A stretch of 37,620 nt of DNA from Nitrospirota bacterium. Lineage in GTDB: Bacteria; Nitrospinota_A; UBA7883. The translations under genes and the position numbers were made by a program. The notes under the pieces were generated by a model. That model saw only the letters and a list, made by a program, of their open reading frames with translations, was not told where the DNA came from and did no database searches. Positions 7,849 to 16,535 of this stretch are shown one piece after another (position 1 is the first letter of the stretch; the number at the start of each line of letters is the position of its first letter). The stretch is from the NCBI GenBank assembly GCA_011052055.1, contig DRJW01000143.1, positions 1-37,620 on the forward strand, read 5' to 3'.

Positions 7849-9403
7849 CGCGATTCCGCCAGCCGCGATTTTTATTATTGGAGCCCTTTTTGTTCCATTT
7901 CTGAAAGGAAAGGCAAAGCAGGTTACTTTGCTTGTTATTCCGCTCATTACATTTCTTGATCTTTTGCTTATGCCGGAAGGCTCATACTGGGTTATCCACT
8001 TCCTGGATTACGATATCACTTTTGGCCGAGTGGACAAACTGAGTATGGTCTTTGGATATATATTTACAATCATGTCCTTTATTTCAATCCTCTACGCTAT
8101 TCATGTAAAGGATGATATGCAACATGTGGCGGCCCTTTTATATGTGGGGAGCGCTTTAGGGGCTGTTTTTGTTGGGGATTTTCTGTCACTCTTCGTCTTT
8201 CTGGAGATAATGACGATCACTTCGACATGCATTATATGGTCACGAAGGACAGAGGCGTCTTATTCGGCAGGATTGAGATATATTCTGGTTCATATTTTTG
8301 GAGGGCTTTGCCTTCTCGCTGGTATTCTTATCCATGCGCATCAAACAGGTTCTATTGAGTTTGGGCTCATAGGATTAAATGGACTGGGATCCTATCTTAT
8401 ATTGCTGGGTTTTGGCATAAATTGCGCTTTCCCTGTACTTCATGCATGGCTCCCTGACGCTTATCCTGAGGCGTCAATTACGGGTACCATATTCGTGAGT
8501 GTCTTTACGACCAAAACAGCGGTATACGCCCTGGTAAGGTCGTATCCTGGCACTGAGGCTCTGATAGCGGTTGGGGCTCTAATGACTGTCTTCCCTATCT
8601 TTTTTGCGGTCATTGAGAATGACCTGAGGAAAGTCCTTGCCTATAGCCTGATCAACCAGGTTGGATTCATGGTGGTCGGCATTGGAATAGGCACGGAACT
8701 GTCGCTCAATGGCTCTGTTTCACACGCTTTTACCAACATACTGTTTGAGGGCTTGCTCTTTTTATGTATGGGCGCTGTTATGCATCAGACGGGAAAGATC
8801 AATGCTACGGATTTGGGGGGACTATATAAATCAATGCCCCTGACGGCCGCATTTTGCATCGTAGGCGCGGCATCCATCTCCGCTTTTCCTTTATTTAGTG
8901 GTTTTGTAAGCAAATCCATGATTATCAGCGCGTCTGGTCACGGTGGGATGACGGTTGTCTGGTTTATGTTGCTGTTTGCCTCTGCTGGCGTCTTCCATCA
9001 TGCAGGTATAAAAATCCCATTTTTTGCTTTTTTCTCTCACGACTCTGGTATAAGAACAAAGGAGCCGCCCCTTAATATGCTTATAGCCATGGGGATAGCC
9101 GCCTTTTTATGCATCTTCATAGGTGTATTTCCCGGGTCGCTATATAGTATTCTTCCTTACCCGGTTGATTTTGAGCCCTATACGGCAAGCCATGTTTTGA
9201 ATCAGGTTCAGTTACTCTTTTTCTCCGCATTGGCCTTCTGTCTCCTCATATTGGCTGGAATATATCCAGCGGAAATCAGGGCTATCAATCTCGACGCGGA
9301 TTGGTTCTATCGAAAAGGCGCCAAGGTGTTTTACTGGCTGGCTAGCAGGCGAATGCCCTGGGCCGTTTTGTTTGTCATCTCTGTGGGTTTTGTGATTTAT
9401 TAA
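7841..9403 (+). CDS. proton-conducting antiporter-like membrane subunit (NuoL/M/N-MrpD family), copy 2
   Basis: The track ORF starts at a TTG at 7817. The ATG at 7841 overlaps the upstream TAG. Motifs: FVFLEIMT (TM5 Glu), PVLHAWLPDAYPEA and FPLFSGFVSKSMI (TM12 Lys). The TM7 Lys position reads GINCAF rather than GxSKAA. Confidence 0.85.
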   Translation: MTSAIPPAAIFIIGALFVPFLKGKAKQVTLLVIPLITFLDLLLMPEGSYWVIHFLDYDITFGRVDKLSMVFGYIFTIMSFISILYAIHVKDDMQHVAALLYVGSALGAVFVGDFLSLFVFLEIMTITSTCIIWSRRTEASYSAGLRYILVHIFGGLCLLAGILIHAHQTGSIEFGLIGLNGLGSYLILLGFGINCAFPVLHAWLPDAYPEASITGTIFVSVFTTKTAVYALVRSYPGTEALIAVGALMTVFPIFFAVIENDLRKVLAYSLINQVGFMVVGIGIGTELSLNGSVSHAFTNILFEGLLFLCMGAVMHQTGKINATDLGGLYKSMPLTAAFCIVGAASISAFPLFSGFVSKSMIISASGHGGMTVVWFMLLFASAGVFHHAGIKIPFFAFFSHDSGIRTKEPPLNMLIAMGIAAFLCIFIGVFPGSLYSILPYPVDFEPYTASHVLNQVQLLFFSALAFCLLILAGIYPAEIRAINLDADWFYRKGAKVFYWLASRRMPWAVLFVISVGFVIY

Positions 9404-9453
9404 AGTTATATACCCCGCAGTTTGCGGGAAAATTTATTCGGAGAAGGTTATTC

Positions 9454-11721
9454 ATGGAAGCTAAGGTCGAAGAGTCCCAGGCTAAAAAAAGTAGGGTTCC
9501 GATACTGGTCAAGGTTGCCATCGTCTGGATCGGGGTCTATCTGTTCCTAAAACTGGTCATCAAGCCGCCACTGCCGTCAAGCCTTATCTTTATGTACATG
9601 ACCACAGTGACAGTCGGGCTGACTCTGGCTGTTTCTATTTATGAAAAAATGTTACACGAGGTTTTAGATCCTATCGTATATTTTATTCACGGGGACGATA
9701 CCCGTGGAGCGCCGTGGCGGGCGGCCCGATGGGCCATGTTGATAGCGATCCCCGTTTATGTTGGCTATGGCGGCTATCAGCGAGTGATGCCTAAGTTTGA
9801 GCCTCCTATCGCTTCAAGGGTTATCCATCCTGCCCCACCTCCTGAAGTGGCCGCGCTTTCAAATCCATTCAGGGATGATGAGGCTAACCTTGCGAAGAAC
9901 ATCGCGGAGGGGCGTGTGATATATTTTCAAAACTGCTTGTTCTGCCATGGGGACGCATTGGAAGGCAAAGGGATATTCGCCAGCGGGATCAACCCAGCCC
10001 CGGCCGATTTTCAAGACCCAGGCACTATCGCCCAATTGCCGGAATCCTTTGTTTTCTGGAGGGTCAGCACCGGAGGGCCTGGTCTCCCTAATGAATCTAC
10101 TCCCTGGGACTCATTCATGCCCCGGTGGGAGAAAATTCTCACCGTAGAGCAACGGTGGAAGGTAATTCTATATCTGTATGATCTGACAGGCTGGTCGCCC
10201 CGCACCTGGGGGGAGACAGAAGCCGTAGGCGAGTTCGAGACAGAAGATGAGGAAAAGGATGAGGATAAAGATAAAGAAGTAAAAGAGGGGTCAAAAGAAG
10301 GATCAGATAAGCTTGGTGGGCTTGAGGGCGCCAAGAAAATCTACGTAAAACGTTGCGAGCCTTGTCATGGGGTTAAAGGAGAGGGAGATGGGCCTGCGGC
10401 TAAATTTCTGGTGCCGCGCCCCCGCGACTTCACATGGGGGACATACAAATTTCGCTCCACACCGAGTGGAATCCCACCCACCGATGAGGATTTGTTTCAC
10501 ACTATCCGTCATGGTTTGCCGGGCACAGCGATGCCGAGTTGGGAGCATTTGACTGATGAAGAGATAAAAGGCCTGGTAAAATTCATCAAGGGATTTGCCG
10601 CTGATATTTTTGAGGAGGAGCCAAATCCCCAACCCGTCCAGATGGGTAAGCCGCCCGAAGCTACTCCAGAGCTTATCGCAAAAGGTAAAGAGCTCTTTGA
10701 CAAGGTTAAGTGCTTCGAGTGCCACGGTCGCAAGGGCAGGGGCGATAATATGAAAAAACTGAAGGATGACTGGGGTTTTAAAATTTATCCCAGGAATTTA
10801 AACCATTCATGGGAATTCCATCGCAGGGGAGGGTCGCTTGAGAGCATCTATCTTGCGATTTCGACTGGTTTGGACGGAACCCCCATGCCTTCCTTTAAAG
10901 AGAAACCTTTTTCCCTCTCTGATGACGACCGCTGGGCGGTGGCTCACTACGTGAAGACACTCCAGTCGGAGAGAAAGCTGGGCTACACTGTGCTGGCAAA
11001 GCTGGTTGAGAAGGTGCCTTCCGATTCTGAGGATCCGATCTGGGATAGTGTGGACTATCTGGATATCCCCATGGTGGGACAGGTCGTCCAGGATCCGCGT
11101 ATGTTTAATCCCAGGGTTGACAATATTCGGGTTAAGGCGGTTTACAATGACAAGGAAGTGGCTTTCCGGCTGGTCTGGGATGATACCACCGAAACAAAAC
11201 CGGATGCGTCTTCAGAAATTTTCGAAGACGCGGTTGCGCTTCAATTTCCTGTAAAGATCCCGACTGGGACCGAACGTCCTTATTTTTTGAAGGGTGATAA
11301 AGACAATGCCGTCAATCTGTGGCGCTGGAGTCATAAGCGGTCTAATGCGCTTGAGCTCAACGCGAATGGGGCGGATACGGTTCGGCCCCAGGACGATAGC
11401 GGGCAACAGGTGACTGGTAAGCTTAAGTATGATAATGGCCGATACCAGCTGGTATTTAAGAGGACTCTTTCCACCCCGGACAAGGATAGCGACATCCAGT
11501 TCGAGTCTGGTAAGTTTATCCCGATATCCTTTTTTGCCTGGGACGGCGCAAACAAAGAAACGGGAAAAAAGAGCGCTCTTTCTCCCTGGTTCTTTCTACT
11601 TTTAGAGCCAATCACCCCGGTAACGGTTTATATATATCCTCTAATCATGATCTTTGTGACATGTGGAGCGGAATGGTGGGTCATCGGGAGGATTCGTAAG
11701 AACAAGGGGAGGGTAGTATGA
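9454..11721 (+). CDS. membrane-anchored triheme cytochrome c fused to an EB_dh (ethylbenzene dehydrogenase gamma / NxrC-like) heme-b domain
   Basis: 755 aa, with GGAGAAGG before the ATG.
- N-terminal TM helices.
- Three heme-c motifs: CLFCH, CEPCH and CFECH.
- An acidic linker: ETEDEEKDEDKDKEVKEGSKEGSD.
- A C-terminal domain that by eye resembles PF09459: VAFRLVWDD ... DAVALQFP ... NLWRWS ... ISFFAWDGANKETGKKSALSPWFFLLL.
- A final TM helix: VYIYPLIMIFVTCGAEWWVIG. Confidence 0.75.
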   Translation: MEAKVEESQAKKSRVPILVKVAIVWIGVYLFLKLVIKPPLPSSLIFMYMTTVTVGLTLAVSIYEKMLHEVLDPIVYFIHGDDTRGAPWRAARWAMLIAIPVYVGYGGYQRVMPKFEPPIASRVIHPAPPPEVAALSNPFRDDEANLAKNIAEGRVIYFQNCLFCHGDALEGKGIFASGINPAPADFQDPGTIAQLPESFVFWRVSTGGPGLPNESTPWDSFMPRWEKILTVEQRWKVILYLYDLTGWSPRTWGETEAVGEFETEDEEKDEDKDKEVKEGSKEGSDKLGGLEGAKKIYVKRCEPCHGVKGEGDGPAAKFLVPRPRDFTWGTYKFRSTPSGIPPTDEDLFHTIRHGLPGTAMPSWEHLTDEEIKGLVKFIKGFAADIFEEEPNPQPVQMGKPPEATPELIAKGKELFDKVKCFECHGRKGRGDNMKKLKDDWGFKIYPRNLNHSWEFHRRGGSLESIYLAISTGLDGTPMPSFKEKPFSLSDDDRWAVAHYVKTLQSERKLGYTVLAKLVEKVPSDSEDPIWDSVDYLDIPMVGQVVQDPRMFNPRVDNIRVKAVYNDKEVAFRLVWDDTTETKPDASSEIFEDAVALQFPVKIPTGTERPYFLKGDKDNAVNLWRWSHKRSNALELNANGADTVRPQDDSGQQVTGKLKYDNGRYQLVFKRTLSTPDKDSDIQFESGKFIPISFFAWDGANKETGKKSALSPWFFLLLEPITPVTVYIYPLIMIFVTCGAEWWVIGRIRKNKGRVV

Positions 11722-12482
11722 AAAAGAGAGTTTCTGGCATAGGGGCCTTGGTCTTGGTTCTCGGCCTCGTTGTAATGACCAATGGTTGCTCTCTGTTTGG
11801 AGATAAGTTCGTGGCGATCGGGAAGAAGCTTTTTGACTACCGTTGCGCTGACTGTCATGGAGAATCTGGTAAGGGCGACGGCTTCAACGCGAAAAACCTG
11901 GATTTTGAGCCCAGGGATCTGACAGATTCGGAGGAGAGGGTTCTCGGTGACCTGACCAATGAAGAGATATTTAATACACTATCGCGTAATATAAAAGATG
12001 AAGACGCTTCTGTCGTGCCTTTCATGCCGACTTTTAAAAACACGCTTGCTGAAGCGGAGATATGGGCGATCATCGCTTATGTCAGGACTCTTCATCCAAA
12101 TAACGCTCCCAAGATTGAGTTGACTCCGGAAATGAAGAGGAAAAGGCCAAGGTTCCCCCGGATCAGAAAAGTTGATATTGATCCCGAAATAATGAAAAGT
12201 AAGGAGCATATAGAAAATGGACAAAGTTTGTTTGAAGAGACTTATGGTTGCCTTACCTGCCATAATATCGGGGGTGAGGGGGGCAGGATAGGTCCCAAAC
12301 TGGATCGGGCCGGATTCCGGTCAAATGCGGATTGGCTCTATCGCTGGATCAAGAATCCCCAAGCGATCGAGCCTCGCACCAAGATGCCTAATCTTGGGCT
12401 CACGGATGAGGACGCTATGGATGTCGTGGCGTACCTGAAAACTTTGCAAGCGCCAAGGGGCCCGGATCTGCCCGCTAAATAA
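11718..12482 (+). CDS. diheme c-type cytochrome, lipoprotein
   Basis: ATGA overlap with the upstream gene. Lipobox VMTNGC. Two heme-c motifs, CADCH and CLTCH, each with a downstream Met (FMPTF, TKMPNL). Confidence 0.85.
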   Translation: MKKRVSGIGALVLVLGLVVMTNGCSLFGDKFVAIGKKLFDYRCADCHGESGKGDGFNAKNLDFEPRDLTDSEERVLGDLTNEEIFNTLSRNIKDEDASVVPFMPTFKNTLAEAEIWAIIAYVRTLHPNNAPKIELTPEMKRKRPRFPRIRKVDIDPEIMKSKEHIENGQSLFEETYGCLTCHNIGGEGGRIGPKLDRAGFRSNADWLYRWIKNPQAIEPRTKMPNLGLTDEDAMDVVAYLKTLQAPRGPDLPAK

Positions 12483-12606
12483 GGTAAGAATATTGTATTT
12501 GTAAATAGCTGACCGCTTGCCAGCCTTGCGATTGATAATTTCTAGATACCAGATAACAAATAACGTATAAAGTAAGGATTTATTTTAGAATATGGGGGCC
12601 ATTATT

Positions 12607-13278
12607 ATGAAGAAAACATTTTTTATTTACTGCCTGTCTCTAATGGTTTTTATTGCAGTCCCTTCCTGGGCCGCAGACGGAAAGGCGCTTGTTAAAAGCA
12701 ACAAGTGTGGAAGTTGCCATAAAATGCAGGGGCCAGCCGTTAAAACAATAGCCGAAGTGTTAAAAAGAAAAGCGCCGGATCTGTTTTACGCAGGTAGCAA
12801 ATTCAACAAGGATTGGCTTGTAAAGTACATCCAGAGCCCGACCGTGATTCGGCCCGGGGGAGTTGTGTACACCAATAATATAAAGTTAAATGGAGACCAG
12901 GATGAGCCGGCTAATCTTCTGAAGTGCGCCTCGAAGTTGAGCGCTGGTGACGCGGCGGCGGTCGGTGATTATCTTATGAGCTTAAAAGACGCCACAATGA
13001 AAGTTGGAGTTTTCAAAAAGGCGAAAATTAAAAAAGCCATGGCCAGAAGGGTGATGATGAAAGGGGAGGCTTGTAACGCATGCCACTCTTTTCCTAAAAG
13101 GGGGGGAGGCGTGTCATGCCCCACATTTGAGGGAATTGGAAGCCGCCTCAATCCCGACTGGATGTACAGCTTCGTTAATCACCCGCAAAAATGGGACCCG
13201 AAAGTGTGGATGGCAAAGCGTGATTTAGATGACGCCACGTTGCAATTGATAGTTAACTTTCTTTCTTCCATGAAATAG
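12607..13278 (+). CDS. diheme c-type cytochrome, secreted
   Basis: The track ORF is 12592-13278. The ATG at 12607 follows GGGGG and yields a signal peptide, MKKTFFIYCLSLMVFIAVPSWA-AD. Heme-c motifs CGSCH and CNACH. Confidence 0.8.
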   Translation: MKKTFFIYCLSLMVFIAVPSWAADGKALVKSNKCGSCHKMQGPAVKTIAEVLKRKAPDLFYAGSKFNKDWLVKYIQSPTVIRPGGVVYTNNIKLNGDQDEPANLLKCASKLSAGDAAAVGDYLMSLKDATMKVGVFKKAKIKKAMARRVMMKGEACNACHSFPKRGGGVSCPTFEGIGSRLNPDWMYSFVNHPQKWDPKVWMAKRDLDDATLQLIVNFLSSMK

Positions 13279-13292
13279 GAGGATTATATATT

Positions 13293-13676
13293 ATGAAAAA
13301 CATAAACAAATCGATGAAAATTTTAACAATGTTTCTGCTGGCCGCTCCTCTGATCATGGTTTCATTTGGCCTGGCGTCAGCAAAAGAAACCGCCACAGAC
13401 AACTATAAGCTTTACTGTGTTCAATGCCACGGGACAAAAGGAACGGGCAAGGGTATTAACGCGCCTTTTTTAAGCGTTGCCCCGCGAAATCATACCAGCG
13501 CCAAGGATATGGGCGAGCTTTCCGACGATAACGTATTCAAGGCGATTAAATCGGGCGGTGGAGCGGTCGGTAAATCGACCCAAATGCCTTCGTGGGGGGC
13601 AGTGATGACTGATGATGAAATTCATGATATGGTTAAGCGCTTGCGCGTGATGTGCAAATGCGAGGGGAAGAAATAA
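13293..13676 (+). CDS. monoheme class I cytochrome c, secreted
   Basis: AGGAGG precedes the ATG. A signal peptide is present. Motifs: CVQCHGTKGTGKG and the distal-ligand context STQMPSW. Confidence 0.85.
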   Translation: MKNINKSMKILTMFLLAAPLIMVSFGLASAKETATDNYKLYCVQCHGTKGTGKGINAPFLSVAPRNHTSAKDMGELSDDNVFKAIKSGGGAVGKSTQMPSWGAVMTDDEIHDMVKRLRVMCKCEGKK

Positions 13677-13891
13677 CAAACAGTATCCGCGCAATTTTGT
13701 GAGCGCGCAGAGCGCTTGCGGTGGATGTAGTTAAGCGGCATTCACCGCAGGTGTCTCAGTGTTGATGATACGGCCATTATTTTACCGCTCGGCGGGCTTT
13801 ATACATTGAGGCGAAGGCTATGGCAACGAGGCGGAGTTTGAGATCACCTATAGTCAAAAGTCGCTCCGTCACATTCGTTGGCGGCGGCAGA

Positions 13892-14449
13892 ATGTCAAAA
13901 TATTTATCGCGTTTGATGACAGCGATTATTATCTGCGTAAGCCTTGCTGTTTCAAGCGTATATGCGCAGGATCTTTCAGACCATCACAAGATCAACATAG
14001 ACCCGACTATGAAAAAGAAGATGAGTCCTGAGGCGCTCAAATCGATTCAGAGGTTTTTTAAGGACGCCGAGCTTGCGATAGAGAAGGAAAACCTGGACGG
14101 CTTGATGAGTCTATATTCGGATCACTATAAGAACGCCTCACATACGAAGCAGTCAGCCCGCACTATCTGGATCAGGATTTTCGAAAAATTTGATGACATG
14201 GCGTCTGTTCACAATATGCGGATGAAGATGTATTCTCCAGATAGTAATGTCATTATTATCCGCTGTAGCGGACTTCTGATGGGCAAACCTGTTGGAGAGG
14301 CTGAGCTTATCACCATCGACAGCTGGACCAATGAGGATCACGTTTTATCCAGGGTGAAAAAGGGAGACGCCTGGAAGCTGATTGGCACTGCCGGTCAAAA
14401 AAAACGCAAGCGTCTCTGGTTCGATAAGCCGATGCATCCGTTGTTCTGA
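13892..14449 (+). CDS. secreted hypothetical protein, NTF2/SnoaL-like fold suspected
   Basis: The track ORF is 13820-14449. The internal ATG at 13892 gives a signal peptide, MSKYLSRLMTAIIICVSLAVSSVYA-QD. The pattern LDGLMSLYSDHY ... WKLIG resembles DUF4440/SnoaL-type proteins. The fold call is tentative. Confidence 0.55.
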   Translation: MSKYLSRLMTAIIICVSLAVSSVYAQDLSDHHKINIDPTMKKKMSPEALKSIQRFFKDAELAIEKENLDGLMSLYSDHYKNASHTKQSARTIWIRIFEKFDDMASVHNMRMKMYSPDSNVIIIRCSGLLMGKPVGEAELITIDSWTNEDHVLSRVKKGDAWKLIGTAGQKKRKRLWFDKPMHPLF

Positions 14450-14614
14450 CCCCTATTTATTAAAAGGCTCTGGAGCGTCGGTTGGCGCGAAGACAATTTC
14501 CGGCCCGCAATAAACGCAAGCCAGCGTTAGGTTATATCCAGGTTGAATCTCTTTTGTTAAACGGACGTCTTATATAAAGCTTTTTTAACCGTGGGTTCGT
14601 CTGGAGAGGAGTGT

Positions 14615-15760
14615 ATGGGAATTGAGACATCGGGCGAAAATCGTTCGATCTGGTCGGCCATCGCCCCCCAAAAGCTGAACTACAGACATTACTTCGGCGG
14701 AATGGCCCTGTTGTTGATCGTCGTTCAGCTTATCACCGGGCTCTACATGATATTTTATTACGAGCCCTCCCTGCGCGAGACGTATAAAACCGTTCAATTT
14801 TTTAACAATGAGACGACGCTTGGAGCGTTGACCAGGAATATCCACAGGTACAGCGCGTATTTTATTGTAGTCGCCATGTTTATCCATTTCTGGAGATCTT
14901 ATTTCAGGCTTGACTACCAGGGAGGGCGTAAATGGCTCTGGGTGACGGGCATTCTCCTGACAACAATCATTTCCGGCTCCGTTATCAGCGGAACCATTCT
15001 ACCCTGGGAGTGGAAAGGCTACTGGACGATGGAAATGTTTAACAACTGGCTTAAGACCATTCCGGTGATAGGCGACGATCTCTATATCTTTTTCATGACA
15101 AGCTACACACCCACGCGAAACTTTGTTTTTCACGACATAATGCTTCCGATAATCGCTTTTATCCTGCTGGAAATTCATTGCATAGGAAAGCTCAGAAAAA
15201 GAGGACTAACAGATTATTTTCTGCGTCATTTCATCGCTATAGCGCCTCTGTTGCTTATAATAGCCGGTTTTAGCCTTCTGTTTCCCATTCCCACCGAAGA
15301 TCCTGAAATCATTCCACTACCTATGGCAGGCCGATACATTCCCTCGCCAGAGTCATTTTTTCTCACTTTTCTTCTGCCCTACTGGTACTTCCCGCCCCGG
15401 TCATTTAGCATTTATCTATTTTGGATTCCATTTGTTCTGCTGATATTTGCTCTGCTATTGCCGTTCATCATCAAAAAGAAGAGCAAGGCAAAGCTTGATC
15501 TGGAAAATCCGCTCCGCAGAAAACTCGCCAGGATAATATACGTTGGAGCAGGAGGCCTGTTGCTCATTTTTGTAGCCGCCGGTTTTTTTTGGGGAAGCGC
15601 AAAATCTCCATGGATGGGCTGTAACAGCTGTCATAACGCCGCGATGGGAGACCGAATGGGCATTCCCCCGGTCACTTATAAAGATACGATACGAAACCCC
15701 TTGCTTATGGATAAAAGATGGATGATAAGGCACTGGTATGAGCCACAAGTTGTCTGGTAA
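14615..15760 (+). CDS. cytochrome b6-like protein (b6 plus subunit-IV-like helices) with a C-terminal heme-c site
   Basis: The track start is a GTG at 14591. The ATG at 14615 follows GGAGAGGAG.
- Helix B His pair NIHRYSAYFIVVAMFIH (H-x13-H).
- Helix D pair FHDIMLPIIAFILLEIH (H-x14-H, b6 type).
- PWEWKGYW.
- PESFFL at the place of the PEWY motif.
- An extra C-terminal TM helix, then CNSCH (15620-15634). Confidence 0.85.
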   Translation: MGIETSGENRSIWSAIAPQKLNYRHYFGGMALLLIVVQLITGLYMIFYYEPSLRETYKTVQFFNNETTLGALTRNIHRYSAYFIVVAMFIHFWRSYFRLDYQGGRKWLWVTGILLTTIISGSVISGTILPWEWKGYWTMEMFNNWLKTIPVIGDDLYIFFMTSYTPTRNFVFHDIMLPIIAFILLEIHCIGKLRKRGLTDYFLRHFIAIAPLLLIIAGFSLLFPIPTEDPEIIPLPMAGRYIPSPESFFLTFLLPYWYFPPRSFSIYLFWIPFVLLIFALLLPFIIKKKSKAKLDLENPLRRKLARIIYVGAGGLLLIFVAAGFFWGSAKSPWMGCNSCHNAAMGDRMGIPPVTYKDTIRNPLLMDKRWMIRHWYEPQVVW

Positions 15761-16367
15761 CCAAATATTTAAAGCCGGTTTTTATATTGCCGTCCTAGCT
15801 TTTGTTACAGGAGGTTGTGACCAGAAAATTGTGGGCCATCCTGAAAAAGTCACAAGTGACTATATAAAAGCGGTGCAAAGGAATGACTTTAAGGCTATTT
15901 ATAAACTAAATTTCGACACTTCCAGAAGTAGCAAATATCTTAAGTGCTCGGATGAGAAAGCCGAGGAAAAAATATGTGAGCAGAATTTCAGGGAAAATAA
16001 AACCATCTACGAAAACGTGGAGCTCAACTTGTCTCCAGGAGTCCGTTGGACTGAAAAGTATTATTTCCCGGCGTCGGCGCTGATAGATATCGGCGAGCCA
16101 TATCCTCCCGTTGCCGCAGGTGAAGACGACATAAACTCCAAATACGAGAAGGCGGTGTCGGTTTTTATTCCCGTGAAAGTGGAATACCCAGACCAAGATG
16201 AGGCTCCATCACAAGATGATCGTAAAATAAAAACCGCCAGTTTCGAATGTGTGCTCCGCAAAATCAGGGAAGGTGGAAATGTACGCGTTTATTCAAATGA
16301 TACCAAGTGGTATTTCGCCGGGTGCGTTTTTAATTCTTTATCGGCCACATATCATAAAGGTGGATAA
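15738..16367 (+). CDS. lipoprotein, unknown function
   Basis: Overlaps the cytochrome b stop by 23 nt. Lipobox FVTGGC. I recognise no catalytic motif. Confidence 0.6.
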   Translation: MSHKLSGNQIFKAGFYIAVLAFVTGGCDQKIVGHPEKVTSDYIKAVQRNDFKAIYKLNFDTSRSSKYLKCSDEKAEEKICEQNFRENKTIYENVELNLSPGVRWTEKYYFPASALIDIGEPYPPVAAGEDDINSKYEKAVSVFIPVKVEYPDQDEAPSQDDRKIKTASFECVLRKIREGGNVRVYSNDTKWYFAGCVFNSLSATYHKGG

Positions 16368-16520
16368 ATTGGTTTTGACTAAATTCGAATCTGGTAATTC
16401 GATTTGACAGATCAATATATGGGAATTTGGAATATTTTGATTGAACAAAATGGAAAATATTATCCCCCAGGATGCCTGCTTTCAAGCGGCAAAAGCTCCT
16501 AAATACAATTTATTTCACTG

Positions 16521-16535
16521 TGACAAATTTTGTCA
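16521..16535. promoter_or_regulatory. 7-1-7 inverted repeat TGACAAA-T-TTTGTCA, candidate operator
   Basis: A perfect 7-bp-arm palindrome, immediately followed by ATAAAT/TATTAT -10-like hexamers. It sits in the 385-nt AT-rich spacer upstream of the cytochrome c gene at 16753. Confidence 0.35.

Noticed and set aside
9414-9428. Short hairpin (cccgca gtt tgcggg) between the second antiporter-like gene and the 755-aa gene, considered as a terminator.
   Set aside because: It has only a 6-bp stem and a 3-nt loop, with no T tract on either strand. At most it is a minor mRNA structure within the operon.
13688-13748. Two GC hairpins after the monoheme cytochrome c gene (cgcgc ... gcgcg and gcggtg ... 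caccgc), considered as a terminator.
   Set aside because: The stems are short (5-6 bp), one loop is 19 nt, and no U-tract follows. I cannot call termination from this.
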